Part shown: in pieces, positions 61,568 through 64,000 of the stretch
How positions within the stretch are numbered: the stretch's first letter is position 1
Layout of the letters: each line of letters starts with the position of its first letter
Assembly: GCF_009914755.1 (NCBI RefSeq)
Contig: NC_060934.1
DNA: 64,000 bases
From: the human T2T-CHM13v2.0 reference genome, Homo sapiens
Strand: one strand, 5' to 3'
Notes under the pieces: generated by a model
Told to the model about the DNA's origin: nothing
The model's input: the letters and a program-made list of their open reading frames with translations, nothing else
The model's database searches: none
Made by a program: the position numbers and the translations under genes

Positions 61568-62424
61568 ATGGGCCCTCAGATGTGGAGTGACCCAGGTAAG
61601 ATGCTGCAGCCGGTCAGGGGGCCGGAATCGGGTATGGAGAGCACCCTGGCCTGAGGCTGGCACCAGTCTGCCCTGTCTCCCTGTACCAAAGGCCACATCC
61701 ATGAGATTCCAGACCCTTATGTTCCTCCCTCTTACCTAATGACTCCCCTTTTAGACATGGATTATACTGTAACCTTTGGACTAATCCAACAGCTTCTAAA
61801 ATTCATGCCTAGCAGTGGCTTTCTTAATGAAATGCATGTGGGGGAATGTTCAGACTTGCAAATGGAAACTCTCCCAGTAAGAGCCCCAGCACAAAGGAGG
61901 ACGGGTGAATCGGTCCCATGAAATCCAAGGAGGGGAAACATCAGATGACCGAGGGGAATGTGGGCAGACTTTGTTTCTTTCTTACAACATCCACCTTTAA
62001 AAAGCATTTAGGGGGCAATTGACAGAGCAGGGGCTGCTGCACATAGTTTCCAGTCCCTGGCCATTCCACACCCATCCCTAACCCAAGCATTTTATGGCCA
62101 GGACTGCAAAGAGCATTAGTTTTAAAAAAGAAATGAAAAAGAAACCAAAACACACATCCTGAAATATCATTCAAAAGCCCAAGAGTGAGTGGACCGTGGG
62201 GCTGCCACAGCCGACCACCCGCCCTGGCCTGGGGTCCTTCGCAGGCAGAGCCAATTTCGGATCCACGGGTCATGGTCTTGTTGATGCTTCCGTGTGAAGG
62301 GTCCTAGGAGTAACACTCAAAAAGACTGTGGATGTGAGCCCCTGGTGTACAAAGCAAAAGGTGTGGAGTACAAACATGCTGATGAAATTCACCTGCCCAC
62401 AGCTGTGCTAGGCTTTACACAAGC

Positions 62425-62575
62425 AGATGCCATTTATTCAACATCAAAGGCCAGGCACTGGCCACATGCTTCTCAGAGACAGCATCATGTGGCATCCTCC
62501 CAGCAACTCCATGAGAAAGAAGCTCTTATCACCCCCACTCCACAGAACTGATGCTCAGAAAGGTTAAGGGAAGAG
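62425..62575 (-). mobile_element. MIR
   Basis: gccaggcactggcc...cagcaactccatgag...aactgatgctcagaaaggttaagg. Confidence 0.65.
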
Positions 62576-63644
62576 TCAGTGCTTCTAATCTGCACAGCTA
62601 CCCTGCCATTCTTTAGCAAAAGTGAAACATTTTACTCAAAGCCACCGTTGGTCTTGACCTTATGTGTTAATTTTAAGAGCCTAATTTCAGAAATAATTGC
62701 TTCTCTCTGGTGTGCCCCACATACATGGTGGATGCTCATTGTTCCTCAAGGCATTGTGCCTCAGTGGGGTTAGCAGACGCAGAGTCACCCGAGAAATGCC
62801 CATGCAGTCCCCTCCTGTCCAGCAGGCTGGACAAACCACCTGATTCTCCGCACCCTATTGCTTTCCATCCTTCCAGGCTCCCAGCAAACTCTAGGCCCCA
62901 CCCCAGGTTTTATGATGTCTGCATGCATATGATGGCAAAAAAATATTTTCTACCAAAAGGGGGAGGAACAAAACTTAATAAGCAGATTTCCAGAGTGAGA
63001 TGTAACCCCTGGCTACAAAACAAAGCATTTCCCTTGGAGCATCTGCAACTCGTGATTCGGCTGAATCCACATGGCTCGTGGTCCTTCCTGTCAGTACTGG
63101 AGGTGGCCGAGAGGAGGGAGGAGTGGAGAAAGACTCCAGAGGTTGCTTTCTCAAACCAGGGGCTGGGGAGGAGCACTGCTCTCCAGCTCTGGCAGAGACA
63201 GACCGAGGAAAGTGATTCACCCATCTGTCACATGGGAGCTGCCAGTCACCCTGCTCTGTGCCTTGAAGTTGCGTTTGATAAAGATGAGGCACATCCTGGC
63301 CATAGCTGGAATTGATGCAACAGTGAAGTCTAAGGGAGCAAGGGCCTTGGAAAGGCATAGGGAAACTGAGGCCCAGGCTGGGACCAGACTCCTCCTTCCG
63401 TGCTCTTTCCACAACACTCATGCCTAAGTACACATAGCCATAGCAGTGGCTGCTTGCTGAATAGTCCTTGGGAGCTGCATAGGGAGTGTACCTACATGAT
63501 GCTTGGGCATCATACGGGATGTCGTCCCCGCTGCAAACTGGGTTAGCTGTGCCCTAAATCAGGTGCACAGTTTGCCTATAGGGTCCTTCACATGCTAGCC
63601 TGGTTCCAACCACATCTGACTGTTTCTGCCTCCTTCATCATCAG

Positions 63645-63680
63645 GGGGACAAAGGTGCCATTGGGATGCCTGGACGTGTG
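63645..63680 (+). CDS. COL13A1: COL13A1 exon 5 (36 nt, phase 0/0): GDKGAIGMPGRV
   Basis: Acceptor ctgactgtttctgcctccttcatcatcag|GGG and donor GTG|gtgagt; four Gly-X-Y triplets. Confidence 0.96.
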
Positions 63681-64000
63681 GTGAGTTGGCCCGTTTGTAC
63701 CTGCTCAGGTGGCCATTGCTTGCTTCTCCGTGCTGGCCTGTCCTCTAAACCATGGCAATGTGCTGTCTATCCCAGGCCCAAGGAGGGGGTCAGCACTTTC
63801 CCTTCCCCAAGCCCCAGTGTGCTTTAGGGAGGGACAAGAAAGGAGAAGGGAAGTTGTATTCCAGTCCTTCAGACCTCACAGTATGGCACTACTCTCCAGA
63901 GAGCTGCCACAGCAAAGGAAAAACCTAATAAAGTTGCATGAACAAAGCCCTTTGCCAGTCACCTGCTGGGAACGGCAGGAACAAACTGAGCCTCGACATT

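Noticed and set aside
61495-61601. Extra exon ending at the strong donor CAG|GTAAGA (61596)
   Set aside because: Poor upstream acceptor, length not a multiple of 3, and no Gly-X-Y coding.

Overview
Human genomic DNA: an AluYa5 with all five diagnostic positions marks it as human. The window lies inside COL13A1 (collagen type XIII alpha 1, a transmembrane collagen) on the + strand, running from the 3' part of intron 1 into the start of intron 5. Four small coding exons, none called in their true frame by the ORF track, splice into one open frame: 10548-10617 (70 nt), 56316-56323 (8 nt), 60701-60727 (27 nt) and 63645-63680 (36 nt). Together they encode [47 protein letters not shown], i.e. the furin site, the CxC motif and the start of the COL1 Gly-X-Y domain. 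The rest is intron, dense in old repeats (MIR, L2, CR1/L3, hAT MERs, ERVL/MaLR LTRs, L1M), with seven Alus, two MADE1 MITEs and a 5'-half tRNA-Trp retrocopy. I see no prokaryotic-type system, CRISPR array or independent protein-coding gene. The best leads are candidate cryptic or poison microexons in the 45.7-kb intron 2 (13 nt at 35727, 15 nt at 25321), a very young and probably polymorphic AluYa5 inverted relative to an exonisation-ready antisense Alu, template-switch scars, and a few motif-dense putative regulatory elements. Repeat subfamily names and boundaries come from recalled consensus sequences and are approximate.
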